The position numbers and the translations under genes are program-made. Below, piece by piece: positions 1 to 13,780 of a stretch of 64,000 nt of DNA. The first letter of the stretch is position 1; every line of letters starts with the position of its first letter. The notes under the pieces were generated by a model. That model searched no databases. It was not told where the DNA came from and was given only the letters and a program-made list of their open reading frames with translations. This stretch comes from Lingula anatina (taxonomy: Eukaryota; Animalia; Brachiopoda). The stretch covers positions 1,550,001-1,614,000 of the forward strand of contig CM120646.1 of assembly GCA_051362555.1 (NCBI GenBank), read 5' to 3'.

Positions 1-796
1 CAAGTTCTTTACTTGAAAATTAATCAAAGGAGTTTGTGTGGGTAAATATAATAAATAACATCTGATTTGAAGGGGAAATTTTCAATATGGAGAGACAAAT
101 CAAATTATAAGAGAAATGCTTCCTGTTTTACCTTTACTTTGAGTCATGCAGCTGAATCCTTTCATTAATGATATAACCTCTGCCTATAATGAGGGCTTGG
201 CTAGACATATCTGTATCAGCAGTTTCATTTTCTGCTAGATTTATTGCGTGATTATATCTGTCACAAGAGAACTTAAAAATGCCAGAGTGATTAGTTTGAA
301 TCTCAGCTGTCTGACGGGATGTTGTGAACTAGACAGCATTCAGTTTTCATAATGAGATCAATATATTATATGATATTTGATATGAGGGACGATATTTCAG
401 CTGCCACTACTACTCCTCTCTCTCTCTCTCTCTCTCTCATGCCCTCTCAGTCAAACACACACACACACACACACACTGTATTCTGCCTTTCTTTCTCTCT
501 CCAGAACATTCTACTTGCAAGTAAACCCCCACCAAAAAAAAAAAAAAAAATCTTTTGGATACAAATTTTGTCTCACCTGTAAAGTAGTGTAATTGTAACA
601 AAATCAAAATCATGAAGCTTTTTTTTTCAAAAAACTCATTACGTACTCAAATATATTGATCGCTCTTTTCAAGTTTACAGCCATGGGCATATGAACTTGA
701 TGACATAATTTTATGGTGGCAGTATTATTTATTACACATACTGCAACCCATCAGCATCAGCACTGGGAAGTCTCAGCTTGATCAACTCAAATCTAT

Positions 797-1021
797 CACC
801 CCATTTCCATAGATTTTTAGATCGATCTATTCCTATGGGGAGTCTCACTAGATTACTGTCAGCTTGGCGGGCTTAAGCGTCTGTCCTGCCTACTAAAAGC
901 TGTAAGGGGGTAATTAACTATGGTGCCCGCTCGGCTGACTGCAATTTAGCGTGAACCCCCAGGGAGTTATGTCGATCTAAAACTTATCTTTAGATCGATC
1001 AAAATCTCTGGGAAAGCACCC
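797..1021 (-). mobile_element. Harbinger/Tourist-like MITE family A (~225 bp)
   Basis: Reverse complement of the copy at 25156-25380; imperfect TIRs (GGGTGCATTCCCA / TGGGAATGGGGTC type), internal TAGATCGATCTA palindromes, 3-bp TSD TAT/TAT. Confidence 0.85.
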
Positions 1022-1058
1022 TATGACATCCCTCAGCATGCCTCTTTACTACACATAA

Positions 1059-1170
1059 GCCACACTCAGAATAGCTGATTAACTAGTCCACGGATTAAAT
1101 ATGGTGACCCACCTATAAGCTTACCATCTAATCCCCTAATAGACACTGATTGGATTCCCTGTGGGTATTA
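1059..1170. mobile_element. Partial MITE family B copy
   Basis: TAACTAGTCCACGGATTAAATATGG...AAGCTT...CTAATCCCCTAATAGA...ATTCCCTGTGGG matches the copies at 9485 and 20561; right arm missing. Confidence 0.6.
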
Positions 1171-1254
1171 TGAAACAAATAAATATTCAAGCACTGAAAC
1201 AAACCAAATTTCCAAACTCAAAGCTGAAACCATATCCCTTGACAAGGAGTGCTG

Positions 1255-1257
<3 letters not shown>

Positions 1258-1324
<67 letters not shown>
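1258..1324. repeat. (TA)n microsatellite
   Basis: Direct reading; similar tracts at ~4902-4951, ~10979-11016 and ~39498-39549. Confidence 0.95.
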
Positions 1325-1329
<5 letters not shown>

Positions 1330-1582
1330 TTTTATCTGCCTTAGCTTATACTTAGGACCAAATCTATACATTTTCACCAGTACATGCCAGTGCATAAGGC
1401 CCCATTCACAACCAAAGTTGACCCATGGACTAACTGATCCACAGATCAAATATGGCTGACCCTTCTGAAAGCTTGCTGCATAATCCCTGCAGGGAATCTG
1501 TTCAGTGTCTGTAGGGGGTAATGCAGCAATCTGTTCAGTGTCTATAGGGGGCAATGCAGCAATCTTTCAAGTAGATCTGTTA

Positions 1583-2363
1583 GGGTGCATTCCCAGAGAT
1601 TTAGATTGATCTAGTGTTTTGTACCCCGTTCACACTACGCTCAGTTATCCGGATAAGTTGCGAATTAGGTCACAATTCGAATAAATGCAGTAGTGTGAAC
1701 GCAAGAGGATTTTGAAAATGCTCATTTTCAAAATCCTGCAAGCGAGGTGGATTTCTAAGCGCGATCCGGATAACTTACCGGAATCGACACCTGAACAGAA
1801 CTTACTGCGCATGTGTGCAGATAAGTGCAGGTATCTATGAACGCTGGTTTATTACTTTAGCGATTGCACCAAACGTATTTGGAGGTCACCACTCACTACA
1901 ACATTAGGAAACAAACTTATTTTGCCACCTCATACTTCTCAAGAATGCTGGAATGTCTTTTGAGTTGCATTTGTCGCCACAATTTTTTGTTGATATTTTA
2001 AGATTTCCTGTGCGGCGCATGCGCGAGTGTTCAAAACAGGAAGTTAAACCTGAAATTTTCAACGTGGGATTCGGATTCGCTCAGCGAGTGTGAACGCAAT
2101 ACCGAATCGGATTCCTTACGAAAAATTCGAATTATAGAAATGCACATTTTGGCAACTGTAGTGTGAACGGGGTATTAGATTTAGATCGACCTAACTCCCT
2201 GGGGGTTCACGTTAAATTGCAGTCAGCCGAGCGTGCACCATAGTTAATTACCCCCTTACAGCTTTTAGTAGGCGGGACAGACGCTTAAGCTGGCTAAGCT
2301 GACAGTAATCTAGTGAGACTCCCCACAGGGATAGATCGATCTAAAATCTATGGGAATGGGGTC
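1583..2363 (+). mobile_element. MITE family A copy interrupted by element C
   Basis: TTA-GGGTGCATTCCCAGAG ... TGGGAATGGGGTC-TTA; 2175-2363 is near-identical to the right part of 25156-25380. Confidence 0.9.
1622..2174. mobile_element. MITE C (553 bp, 17-bp perfect TIR) nested in family A
   Basis: TACCCCGTTCACACTAC ... GTAGTGTGAACGGGGTA; flanks TTG/TTA. Removing the element and one triplet restores the uninterrupted family A length, indicating a 3-bp TSD. CpG-rich interior. Confidence 0.85.
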
Positions 2364-3832
2364 TTAGTCAGAAGATAAATGGGTTGTGAATACTGCCTTA
2401 TATTTCCATTCTATTCATAATAATACAAAAGCTAGCAGATATATATATATATATACAATGATAGCTCAGGTGAGTTTTCCTAAGTCTATAAAACCAGGGT
2501 GCACACCATGGTCTCACTACAGGACCTCAGCAGATTCACTCTACAGAGCAGATAAAACTGATGGCTCAACTGAAAGCAGGTGTTTTGACTTTTTTCCCTC
2601 AATGGCTTACAGATTTTTTCACAGGTATTGCACTGAAAGTATGAAATTCTGCCAAGTCTCCTCGCTGTAGTTGTATAAGTTTACTAGTACTTAGGTCATT
2701 CAATTTGCATCGTTATCGCCCATTTTGCTGTTGACATTTTTCCTGCAAGCTAACATCTGTTACATGCATATTCTACCTAATGATATGTGAAGTAATTTCT
2801 TCATTACTAGAACTGCACAGAAATGGCAGACTAATTGAAAACAGTGATTATGCAATCTTTGGCAAAGAATCTATTACATCAACTGGGGATGAAGTACTAG
2901 TACATATTTCCTAGGAAGACAGACAGGCATACGGACAGACAGAAATGGCTTTTGGAGATAAGACAAAGATATAAACTTGTTAAGTACAGTGAATTCCAAT
3001 TATTTATACTTGACTTTTTACTACCTAATAACTACCTAGTACTTTTAAGTAAATTAAAATTAAAATGTTTTGTAAATAAATAAATAATATAATAGTTATA
3101 AATAATTGCTCCTAATCTTTAGCCTGGAAACTCTGTCCGCTTTCATTCAGTAAAATCTGCAGTGGTCAACTTTAATACTTACACTAGCTATAATTTTTTA
3201 ATTTGTACAAAGCAGGACCTCTCAAATCATCTAACAAGGAGTGCTGTTGATTTAGATCTTTGTAAGGTAAAAACAGATTGGAATTCAGTATCAATATTAT
3301 GACCAACTTTCGATTTTTTTTCTTCATGGAAACTGGACCCATGGGGTTTGCTGCACTTGACTAGCTCCTATCAGACATGTTAAATTATGATGTAGCATTA
3401 CCGAGATTGGGCTAGACACACTTATTATACTGCACGTGAGTGGTCTGGGAATTCACCACTTCTAGTGAATACAATATCTGGTGGGAGTTAAGGTATTATG
3501 GAAAGGCCCATAAGAGAAGATTGTTATTGATCTCAGTAATCTATTGTCTGGTTTTATTAACGCCAACTGATATATATTATGATGAAGTATTGGAAATTCA
3601 GAAGACGGGTAAGCACAAGTCTGGGTGAAGTCGTGTTTCTAGGGGACTTAGGTTGAGCTATCTTGGTTCAGCCTGTCTGAGTGGGTGGTCTCACTGAGGT
3701 TAGCTCACCAAAGTCAGGTAGGAACAGCGTCACTTAAATACCAAAACTTTGGTCTAGTTCAGTTCAAGGCAAATCCATGGCAGTAAACCCACATAAAGCA
3801 TATACAGGGGCACATATCTCAAACATTAGCCA

Positions 3833-3984
3833 CAGGGCGGACAGAGGCCTCCTTCTGGGTCTTCTTCTGGAGGACGGTCTGACGGGCATATAATTTTTTC
3901 TGTTGAAAGCTGATCAAGAATGGAGCATGGATCAACAAAGATAATTGGGAAGACTGTCAGAAAATATCTCTAGATTCAAACCTA
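3833..3984 (+). mobile_element. MITE family D (degenerate copy), 5-bp TSD
   Basis: Similar to 16130-16297 (CTTCTGGGTCTTCT..GACGGTC ... GGATCAACAAAGATAATT.GGAAGACTGTCAGAAAATATCTCT); TSD AGCCA on both sides. Confidence 0.8.
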
Positions 3985-4898
3985 AGCCATGGCTGTCTTA
4001 TTGTATTTAGTGTTTATTTCAATTGACCAACTACCAATTTATTTCAGGTGTGATTAGGCTAAGATTTTGGTCTTAAAGTATAGGCCAATATTCTAGCTCA
4101 ACCACTTTTGGGGAAAGGGGACTCTCCATTCACCTGACTCAGTGGGCCATCTGAGATTAGTTCACCATAGGAAGCAGATCTAATCTTTCTTTTGGCCCAC
4201 CTACCAACACTGTTTTCAGGTTGAGACAAGTCAAGTGACATTCAACTAGAATTCTATGGCACACCTGAAGTAATAGAATCACATGCTGAGATAAGTTTGA
4301 GTTAGGTCCACCAAACAAGACTTGGAACGCGGCTGAAGACAAACACTGATCCCTGGTTGATGGCAATTACTTTATCGTGCCTGCTAAAAGCCGGATGTAT
4401 TCTGATAAATTCTGGAGTGAAGGAATTATATCCTTCATACAAGTAGATCACATATACGCAATGCTTACAGCAACTACAATCTTTTTTTTTTTGTAAAATA
4501 GTTTTTTAATATGGGCCCTTTCATAAACAGTTATAACTTGACACTTTACTGCAAAAACACACATTTGTCCTCTATAGAAACAGTTTACTTTTTTACCTAA
4601 AATGCTTGCTATTTAAAATACACCCACACTACTTATTTCTTTTCATTTTCTTGATGATCTGTTTATGGCTAGTCTACTTTTATATGGCTTAACGCTGGAT
4701 TATGGTTTCCAGGAATACAGTTATTCTAATCCCCTAGAAGTGGTTGTTGTTTTTGTTTTCTGTTTTATCAAATGAATGAATGATTATAAGTTTCCTCGAA
4801 AAAAATAGTAAAAGAGACATAAAGTAATTGCATAAGATGACACCAGTCTAGGACTCAGTAGGCTGTACTTGAACACTGTTTGAAGCTTTTATTACACT

Positions 4899-4954
<56 letters not shown>

Positions 4955-5696
4955 GACTTACTCCAGAGGAGACACATTTAAATTTCTTTAAGTTGACAGT
5001 TTCAAATCAAAATATGGAATTACTGAGTATCACTGATAATTTTGACTTAATATAGTCCTAAAAGCCAAAATTAGGATCTCTCTTATTAATAACATTTCAA
5101 TCAAATAAAAATATTACTTAAATCAAATAAAAATATTGTTCTGAAAAAAATTAATCAAAACTGTTTTACTAAAAATTTTCTACTGGATTAATTTCAGTAT
5201 GAAATATATACAAATGCTGAAATCACATAATGTAATCAACATGCCCCCAGCAGAGCTCCCACCAGAGGATTCATTTTGACCTGTCTGCAGGTTACATCTT
5301 ATGATGCAGGCTGGTAGTTAGGGGCCTGGGGGTGGGGGATGCAAGCACTGCTCTGAGATCTGCTCTGAGTCAAAATTTTAACTAGATTCTACGACATTTC
5401 CTAACCTGGGTCACGTAAAGAGGTAAAAATGTTTATATCTTCAGAAAAAGACCCCCCATCCTTTGCAAAGGCCTGTTTATTGATTGATACAGAGTTCTAC
5501 TGGGATTTAGTGCACCATTAACCTGAAACCTCTTTTGCCTTTTAAATATCTCAGTGTTATGCATGAGAGTTGATCCCAAGAGGTGCTCTATCACTGCCAG
5601 CAACCTTTATAGGAAAACAATCAAATACCTCGCTGTCAATACTTCATTCTTGAATGATATTCTCTCTAATTGACAATATTATTCCTCCATACTTTG

Positions 5697-5755
<59 letters not shown>
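5697..5755. repeat. (TAAA)n microsatellite
   Basis: Direct reading. Confidence 0.95.
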
Positions 5756-8700
5756 AATTAAGTGGACATTTAATTTTAAATAAATAAATAAATAATTAAA
5801 AAGGAATAAAGCAAAAAAAGAAAAAAAATACAAATACATGCTAGTACATTTGTCTTGAAGAAAGCATGTGATCTTTTCAATTCCTCCAGCCACTATTTGG
5901 AAGCCACAACACCTTCTAGAAGATTTATTGTCCCTGTCAAAACTTGTCCAACCCATGTACTACTGGCTACAATTGAAGTCACCCGCCGTGTACAATAGAT
6001 GTCACCCATTGCTTAAGCAGGGACATTTATATGTTAATCAGAGGATGAGATGGGACACAATATATCAGGGACTGGTTTCGTAACAGGATCTTAAAAGCGG
6101 TTGGGGAATGTAGTTTTTGACCCTGGATAAATCAGCAGCAGTTCAGTCCACTTAAATGAGGTCTTTTTTCACAAATAGTGAAGCTATGGCTGATGTTTTA
6201 AACTGACTGTTGCTTATCTTTAAGTGCACTTTAACAGTTTTTTACCATATCAAATGGACATTCTTCCACCCTTCCTCCCACAAACTTCAACCTAGCATGT
6301 GCACCTCATTTTAATCAACTCCATGTTAATTGATAATGCACATGATATGAACAAGAGTTGCATCATCCACCATCTCTTACATCATACTCTCTGCCCATAT
6401 CTACAATTGGTTTCTAATCAAGTGCACAAGTCCTGCTACTCTGTAATGACTATTCAACACGGTGTAGTATTGACGTGCACCAACACAAGGATAAATTTGA
6501 TCCTCATTATAATTCAGAATTTGCAAGGAGTACCCTTTTTCAACCAACTAAATTGTACTTCTATGTTTCTATGGGCTTTAGTTATCCTTTTATCTCCAAG
6601 GTGTGTACACTATATATACAACATGTAATTAGTGTGTATATCCAAGATGTTATGCTTTCTTCCATTTCTGCCACTTTTTAAATCTTATATTCTGCCGTGA
6701 GAAAATTCACATCTTACCTGTCGGGGACTCCTGACAAACATGTCTGTTTTGTAAACTGAGCGTGAATGTCAAGCAAAAATAACCTTGCTGACCTATTTTC
6801 TTTTCTATCCAACGACAGAGGTCACAACAGCGACAAAAAGGAGAGATGTACCTCATGGAGTTTTCCACTTGACAACCACACCCTGTAGCTAACATACCAA
6901 AATAATCCAACAATGGCAAAACATTCTGGGTCCTAGCTCTGAATTAAAGAAATACCATTCTTTAAAACTACAAGCTTTGCATGTTGACACCCTAAAACAG
7001 GACATTAAAATGACTTTATATATGTAGTAGTCTACCACACCCAAATTCCACAGCCTTATACCCACCTTATCACTATTAATACCTGTTGTTGTTCTTAAAA
7101 AAAGTGGAAACCAGGTCTGATAAAAACACTGTCTCCTGCTAGTAACATAGCCCTGGTTCTTTTCAACAATTAGACACCTATGTGAAACTCCAGCATGCTT
7201 TTCATGTGAATTGTAAGTGTGTAAATAGAACCTTTGTGTACAGAAGAGCAAGCTTACAAATAGTTACTATGTTGATTACACACAAACAGCACCATGGCTG
7301 AGAGGAATTGTAGAGAAATATTACGCTACACTGCTTATTTATTGTTCCTCCATAAACATATTATTTTCTGAGGGTCAACTATTGAAGCTGACCCTTAGAA
7401 ATTAAACAGTTCAGATTTTTCCAGTTATGAAACTCCTTTTTTCTTAGTTGTCTTAGCAGTGTAGTTCATAATCCTTGTAAACCTGCGTGAGAAATGTACT
7501 TTTCTTTACAGAAACAGACTAAACTACACCGTGAAAATTGCTGGATTTGTAGACCCCCTTTTATCACAACCAGTAGCTCTTGCGTGGTCTTAACAATATC
7601 AGTAACTGCAGTTATGACATTAAATCAATGGGAGTTTGATTTGCACAGTCATGTTGGTTGCGCTCGTGTCCAGTACATTGAACTCAAGGTCACTATTAAT
7701 TTACATCTTCAATCTTAAACAACAATTGAAAGTGAGAGGATGTTGCCTCTTTGATGTTATATAATTTCCTATGTGACAATATTATTAAATTTTCAAGAAA
7801 GGGTGTGTTAATTATACATGATCTTACTATACTTGGTTATTAACAGTAACACTGCATGTTCTAATCACTGCTGTTGTCAATTGCAAGGACACTTGTTGTC
7901 TTGACAACAAATGTTTACCCAAGTATTCCTAGTGGCAACAGTGATCCTTGCAAAAGAACAATGTGCATGACATCTTTAATGACTGGATGTTAATCAAAAG
8001 AGGGATGAGAAGAACATTACAATAATTATAACAATAATAATAATAATAATGACAACGATAATATGGATAATAATAATGATGGTTATTATAACTTAAGGTC
8101 TAAAATCCAATAAAGTTCTTTAGAAAAAAAATTTATATATATACGTCACAAAAAAGCTTTAAAAATTGATTTAAATTTTGAATATTATTTTAAGTGTAGG
8201 CTCAGACTATAAAATGGTCTACTTTGGACAAAAATCATATTACTGTACAGTAAGTCCAGTAGGAGGACAGAGAGGAACGGGGAGGAGGTGGGGGGGGGGG
8301 GGGGCAGGGTACAACCTTCCTGTACCTTATTATCCTTTATTATCACACCAAGGCTGATAAATCAAGTCTTCATTACGTTGTCATTTCACATTCTACACAG
8401 TAAATCTGTTGTTCAGTTTTCATGAAAACATTACTTGAAGGGAGCTTGAGAAAAAAAAAGAAGATACCCATCTATCATTCAATAATAGTGCCTTAAAGCT
8501 TGAACCAATATAGTGTACACCAAATTCTGAAATTACAGAGGACAAATCTTGATAGGGTATGATTTATGGCACTGATGCTCTCACATTCATAGATAAAATA
8601 TAAACAGCTTTTGTTTTGGAAGTAAAATGTGGGTGCTAGTATGATATCCATGTTATCCAAGATTTGTAACTACTGGGTGAATTTCATTATGATATTTTGG

Positions 8701-9484
8701 CAATAAAATCAAGCCTCTTTAGAACACTGAAATTATTTCACATTAATTCAACAAAACAAACCAATTAAAACAACCCAGCTAGACCCAAGAGCAAAATATA
8801 GACCTTTCTTGTATATTTAACTTTTTAAAACCACACTTATAATTAATATTTCAATAATCTTTATATAATATTTATAATCTTTCAAAAATTTAATGTACTA
8901 GTATCTGAAACAAAAATTTGAAAATATCCACACAAAGTTACATATCTTTGTCTGCCCACAACAGGTGAAATAGCTTGTTATTGTTCTAAAAATAATACTT
9001 TTTCACCTGGGGAAACTGCCAGTCCAACAAGGCATGACCACCTGAAAAGATTTTTCACATAGCAGATCCTTTGGACTAGCAACACCAATGTGTAAATACA
9101 ATACATAATAATAAATTACATGTATACATAGACTAAAATACATAAAAACTTAGTTCAAACCAACACAGAATTGGGAGAACTGGTAATTTCTTGTAAGACA
9201 GGTTCTCTGGACCTAGCGTATCTTCAAAGTTTTCCCCCTATATCTCCACCTGTACATCCAATTAATCCACCTGTACCTCTTATATAATCCACCTCTACTG
9301 TGCAACACACATATTCAGACAGATGTTCATGTTGGTATTTACATTACAGCATAATGTTGTCACACCCACCAATTAACCCATTTCGGGATATAGAAAAATT
9401 TATCAAAGCTAGATATTATTTGACAATTTAATTAACAAGTACACGAGGTTCATTTATCAATTTGAGTGTGTGAAGGTCAACTTA

Positions 9485-9691
9485 GGGTGCACTCAGGACA
9501 AGTTGATCCACGAATTAACTGGTCCGCAGATCAAATATGGCCGACTAACTTAAAAGCTTGCTGCTAAATCCCCAAATAGAAAAAAAAATGGATTCCCTGC
9601 AGGGATTACATGATAATATTTCAAGTGAATCTGCCATATTTGATCCGTGGATCAGTTAGTCCATGGTTCAACTTTGGTTATGAATGTGGCC
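9485..9691. mobile_element. MITE family B, uninterrupted copy
   Basis: Long inverted arms AAGTTGATCCACGAATTAACTGGTCCGCAGATCAAATATGGC / GCCATATTTGATCCGTGGATCAGTTAGTCCATGGTTCAACTT; flanks TTA/TGA. Confidence 0.8.
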
Positions 9692-10976
9692 TGAAATTCC
9701 TACTGCACTGTGCCGAAAAATATATCAGACTAATGGTACAAGGAGCAGTCTTGGTCTCGGAACCTGATGGCGCTAAGCAGAGACGGTGCCCAGAAACTAA
9801 ACAAACTGACAAAATTTCACAAGCCACAATTCAAAGGTGTATTTGCCCTGAGAACAGAGCTAATGTCACCAATAATGTACACTGCTAACTAATATGCCCC
9901 TCATAGAAGACCAAGTGTATCTTTTATAATTGGTATCCTAAAATATCAATCTCCAAACCTCCAGGCGAGACTGCTAAGACAAACAAAGTTGTATTTGTTT
10001 TTGTAGCTTTGCATATTGGGGTTGCCAGGTAGGTGTAAAAAGGTGTCTATTATGTCAATCAATAAAGGCAAACCAGAATGCCCTGTAAATCCAATACTGT
10101 TAGGGACACTATAAATGATACATCATTTACTGGAGGGTTGTGCTCTGCTGAACTGCAGAATTTGATTACTAGAAATCGACACTGCTGAATTTTTTTATAT
10201 CCTGACTTTCAGAATATCAGACATTGAGGGTAACTTACTAGTAATGTGGCCATTTATTTAAAAAAAAAAATAAAATAAAGAAACTTTTTTCTGGTTATTA
10301 TTTATTGTATTTTTTTTCTTAGTTTTGTTACCTATTTGATTTTTCTTGCTGCACAACAGTCTTCTTAAGAATTCCTATATATATTTATTCATTTACTTAC
10401 TGTATTTATTCATTTATTTCATTATGACATGGAATCTTTTTTAAATGAGAATGGGCAAAGCTAAAATTATATCATTTTAAACTTCACAAACAATTCTTTA
10501 GGCTTTACAAAGCAACAAATAAAAAATAATTAGTACATAGTATATTGTAGCCAGACAAGAATCATACACTACTTTTGCTAGAGCAATGTCCCGCCAGACA
10601 TCATCATGATATTTAAACACCATTACAGATCATGTTATTCTGTCTAAAATGCAAATTCCTCTAACTGCTTTGCTAAATAATTGCAGCACGCTGATTTATA
10701 GCTGAAGTAATTAATAAGCAACCCACGTCAATGTAGAAAAGATCATGCAAACAGCAGTATTAAACAGGGGGCTACAAACTCATTATAATTATTATTACCA
10801 TCTTTTCTTCCTATCAGTCAGTGTCATTAACACTGTCCCCAGAATGAATACCAGTCAAATTGAAGATGGACCAGTGAAAATGGTGTAAATCTGTAGAGTT
10901 TCTCTATAATAAAAACTGTTTTTTCAAAGGAACAGTGGATTTTTTTTACTTTTATTGGTGGTTAGATGAGGCAGTA

Positions 10977-11024
<48 letters not shown>

Positions 11025-13032
11025 TTTGCACTGACTGTTTCCCATCTTTAAGTCTTGATTAGCTGTCTTTTCTGGTGCAAGTTATCCGTTTACCAATGAT
11101 ACATTTAACAATTATAGATCTACTAAGTTTTAATATACATTTTCGTACTAGTATTATACTGCTGGCAACCCTGTTTTAATGGTAAAGTAGATTTTTATGA
11201 TGAGATTCCTAGCTGTGACTGCAGAATAAATCACTGCCTTTCCATGCACAGTAAGTTAACATAAGGGCATTCCAGCTCATATCAAATTATATTAACCCAA
11301 TTTGGGCTAGAAATGCTTACTCATAGACCTACAATTAAATTATTCATACTTCAGTCTGAGCAACAGTTTAAATACATTCTGCTGGTAAATTTATGAGTAT
11401 TTTTAGTATTTCACACACACAAAAAAAAAGATGAATGCAGTGTTTTTTAGATCCAAATTAATACCTGTGCCGACTCTTTCACAAAACGAAATATAATATT
11501 TTCCTTTTTGCGCCCAACATCTTAAATTATAATCTACATGTTCTTGTTAACACTGTATCCAAAATGTTTTCTAGATACATGAGATGTCACAATTTGTTAG
11601 GTCTTTATTTAGTTCCCTTTCATCAATAAAATGCATGTTCCTCTGTATATAGGTCTATAATAATACACAGGATGTGCATTATACATAATAATTACTGCAC
11701 ACACTGCACATGTACAAGTATAATAGTAATTAGGAAATGTTGGTGGAGGGGGGGGGACACTCAGCTCCAGAGGTAACCTCAATCTCCAAGAGCAAAATGA
11801 GACAAAACCAAGCTTTTCTTTCAATTAATCCTTATACCTTACATACCATCAAACCATGGTTAAAATATTAACTTTTAATATTTGCCTCATTTTGCTCTGT
11901 CACTTTTTATTTCATCTTTGTGCTCCCTCCCGCCCCCCCCAATCAAAATCCTTACTAGTATTTGTCAATAATTTACTTGTAGCATCAATAATTACAATAT
12001 GGCAACAGAAATCAATCACAGCAGTTGATATGTCAATAATTTCATAACCCCTGACAACCTCGTACAGTAATATATATACTAGAATTGTTGAAAAATATTA
12101 TATACTTGGCATGATGCACAAATAAAACCACTGAGGTTTTTGTGGTTGATATGTCATGACATACCCAGGCTTTTACAAGCGTTGAAATATACCAGTATGT
12201 CTATCCGCTACCTCTCTCTCCCCCCCCCCCCCCCCCCCCCCCTCCACCACCACCACCCAAACACAAGATTTATAGAGTTAAAAAACATATGGGGTTGGGC
12301 TGCTGGGGGAGGGGAGTTCCTTGTGCCGCCTACTGCCTGTGGTCACACTCACATATATCACTGATTATTTCATCCACTGTTTCCTGTAGGTTTATCAAGT
12401 CTAGCAGACCACACAACGTTAGCCAGGCGTACTGTAACTCGTTTATAATATTGCACGATACTTTTTTGTCTTCTGCCCTCTTACTTCCGTATAGGGTCTC
12501 ACTCTACTCACCGTCGTCTACAGCTTATGTCATACTTCTATTTCAATAATATAAGTAAAACTGAAACCGATACCACTTGAAGTGGAAGTATAACTACCCA
12601 GTACTACATATGTATTAGACCATGTGTTTAGCATGTGATGTAATTATATATCCACCACTCAACCTAAGTTAAACACATCAACTTACCGACATATTGTTCT
12701 TGCCTCCAAGTGAGATAATAGTGATTTGTGCAATTTGATCCACCTGCTCAGATCTGTTGACAGAGAGCTGTTAATTCACCGACAGCACGGAGATCGTTCT
12801 ACTCTTCACGACAGCAGTGTTGTGCCATCACAGACCACGCCTGCCTCGACGACCGTCAGGGGCGCTTTCCTGCAAGAGAAAACACATTTGGAGCCCATGG
12901 TAATGTGGATCATAACGCTGTATCAGGGTTTTTAGATATGGAAATATGAAAATAGTTATGATTAATCAATAAATTTCAATGAATTTTGCAATATTGTAAA
13001 TACAAGCATTTTTCTCCGAATTTTACACCTCC

Positions 13033-13780
13033 ATGGCTTTTCTTGGAGCTCTTCTGGAAATAAGAAGCAATAATTGATTCAAGCAGCTGATAGCGGTAAG
13101 TAGGTCATGACTGTTCTTTCGTCGCTTTATCTAGAAGGTGAGTGACCTTAGAAATAATGCAGTCATACACCAGATGTCCTTGATACGTAGTACTCAACTT
13201 AGATGATGGTTTTGGTGAGTTTTGACTTCTGTTCTGCAATGTTGTTGACACAACAGCTTCCCTTGGTGCGCGAGCACTGACTGAATCAGTGGAACAAATT
13301 TAGTCAAGTTGCCAAACTATTTCTGGGCACCTTTTGCTTTGTCAGATAATTTTATTCTCGGTGGTTTTTACATCTTTATTTCCACTGTAATGGGTATTTG
13401 ACTTGTGACAAGCGTGTATCTTCGGGCATTTAAAGAAAATAATTGGTTTATATTTGATTTGCCTAAGAAATTGATTTCGCTTAAAAAAGAAAAATTGGCA
13501 TTATACAAATATCCTAGCGCTGTATACCCCAGTCAAGGGTAAAGGCTGATTATTCAGTTGTGTATAGCAGCACTGAACCCGCATTATGCAATCATCAGTA
13601 TGCATGCAGGGCTTTTATTCATTCCTACAAGACATACTTAATTATGGTGATATAATGTGTTTTCCTGCCTTTCAGCTCAGGTTTATTTATAACATATCTC
13701 ACCAAGTGAAGCCTGGCCCAAGTTTTGTGTGCTCCAGTTTTCACTGCACAAAGAAATCACTGCACAGCTCTGGTCTCAGA
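13033..13780 (+). other. Alternative 5' exons / N-terminal extension of the decarboxylase
   Basis: Three GTRAGT donors after 13095, ~13137 and 13214; acceptor before 13676. ATG 13203 (MMVL) splices in frame to [36 protein letters not shown]13781. Confidence 0.5.

Larger units (their letters stand above)
1398..2397. mobile_element. MITE family B (foldback, Harbinger-like) hosting nested family A and C elements
   Basis: Starts GGCCCCATTCACAACCAAAGTTGA after TAA and ends ...GGTTGTGAATACTGCC before TTA; collinear with 25121-25544 once the inserts are removed; internal 33-bp tandem duplication at ~1495-1565. Confidence 0.8.

Noticed and set aside
13075-13077. Selenocysteine recoding of the in-frame TGA
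   Set aside because: No SECIS recognised downstream of 20939 and the position is not catalytic; kept only as a nonsense/uORF question.
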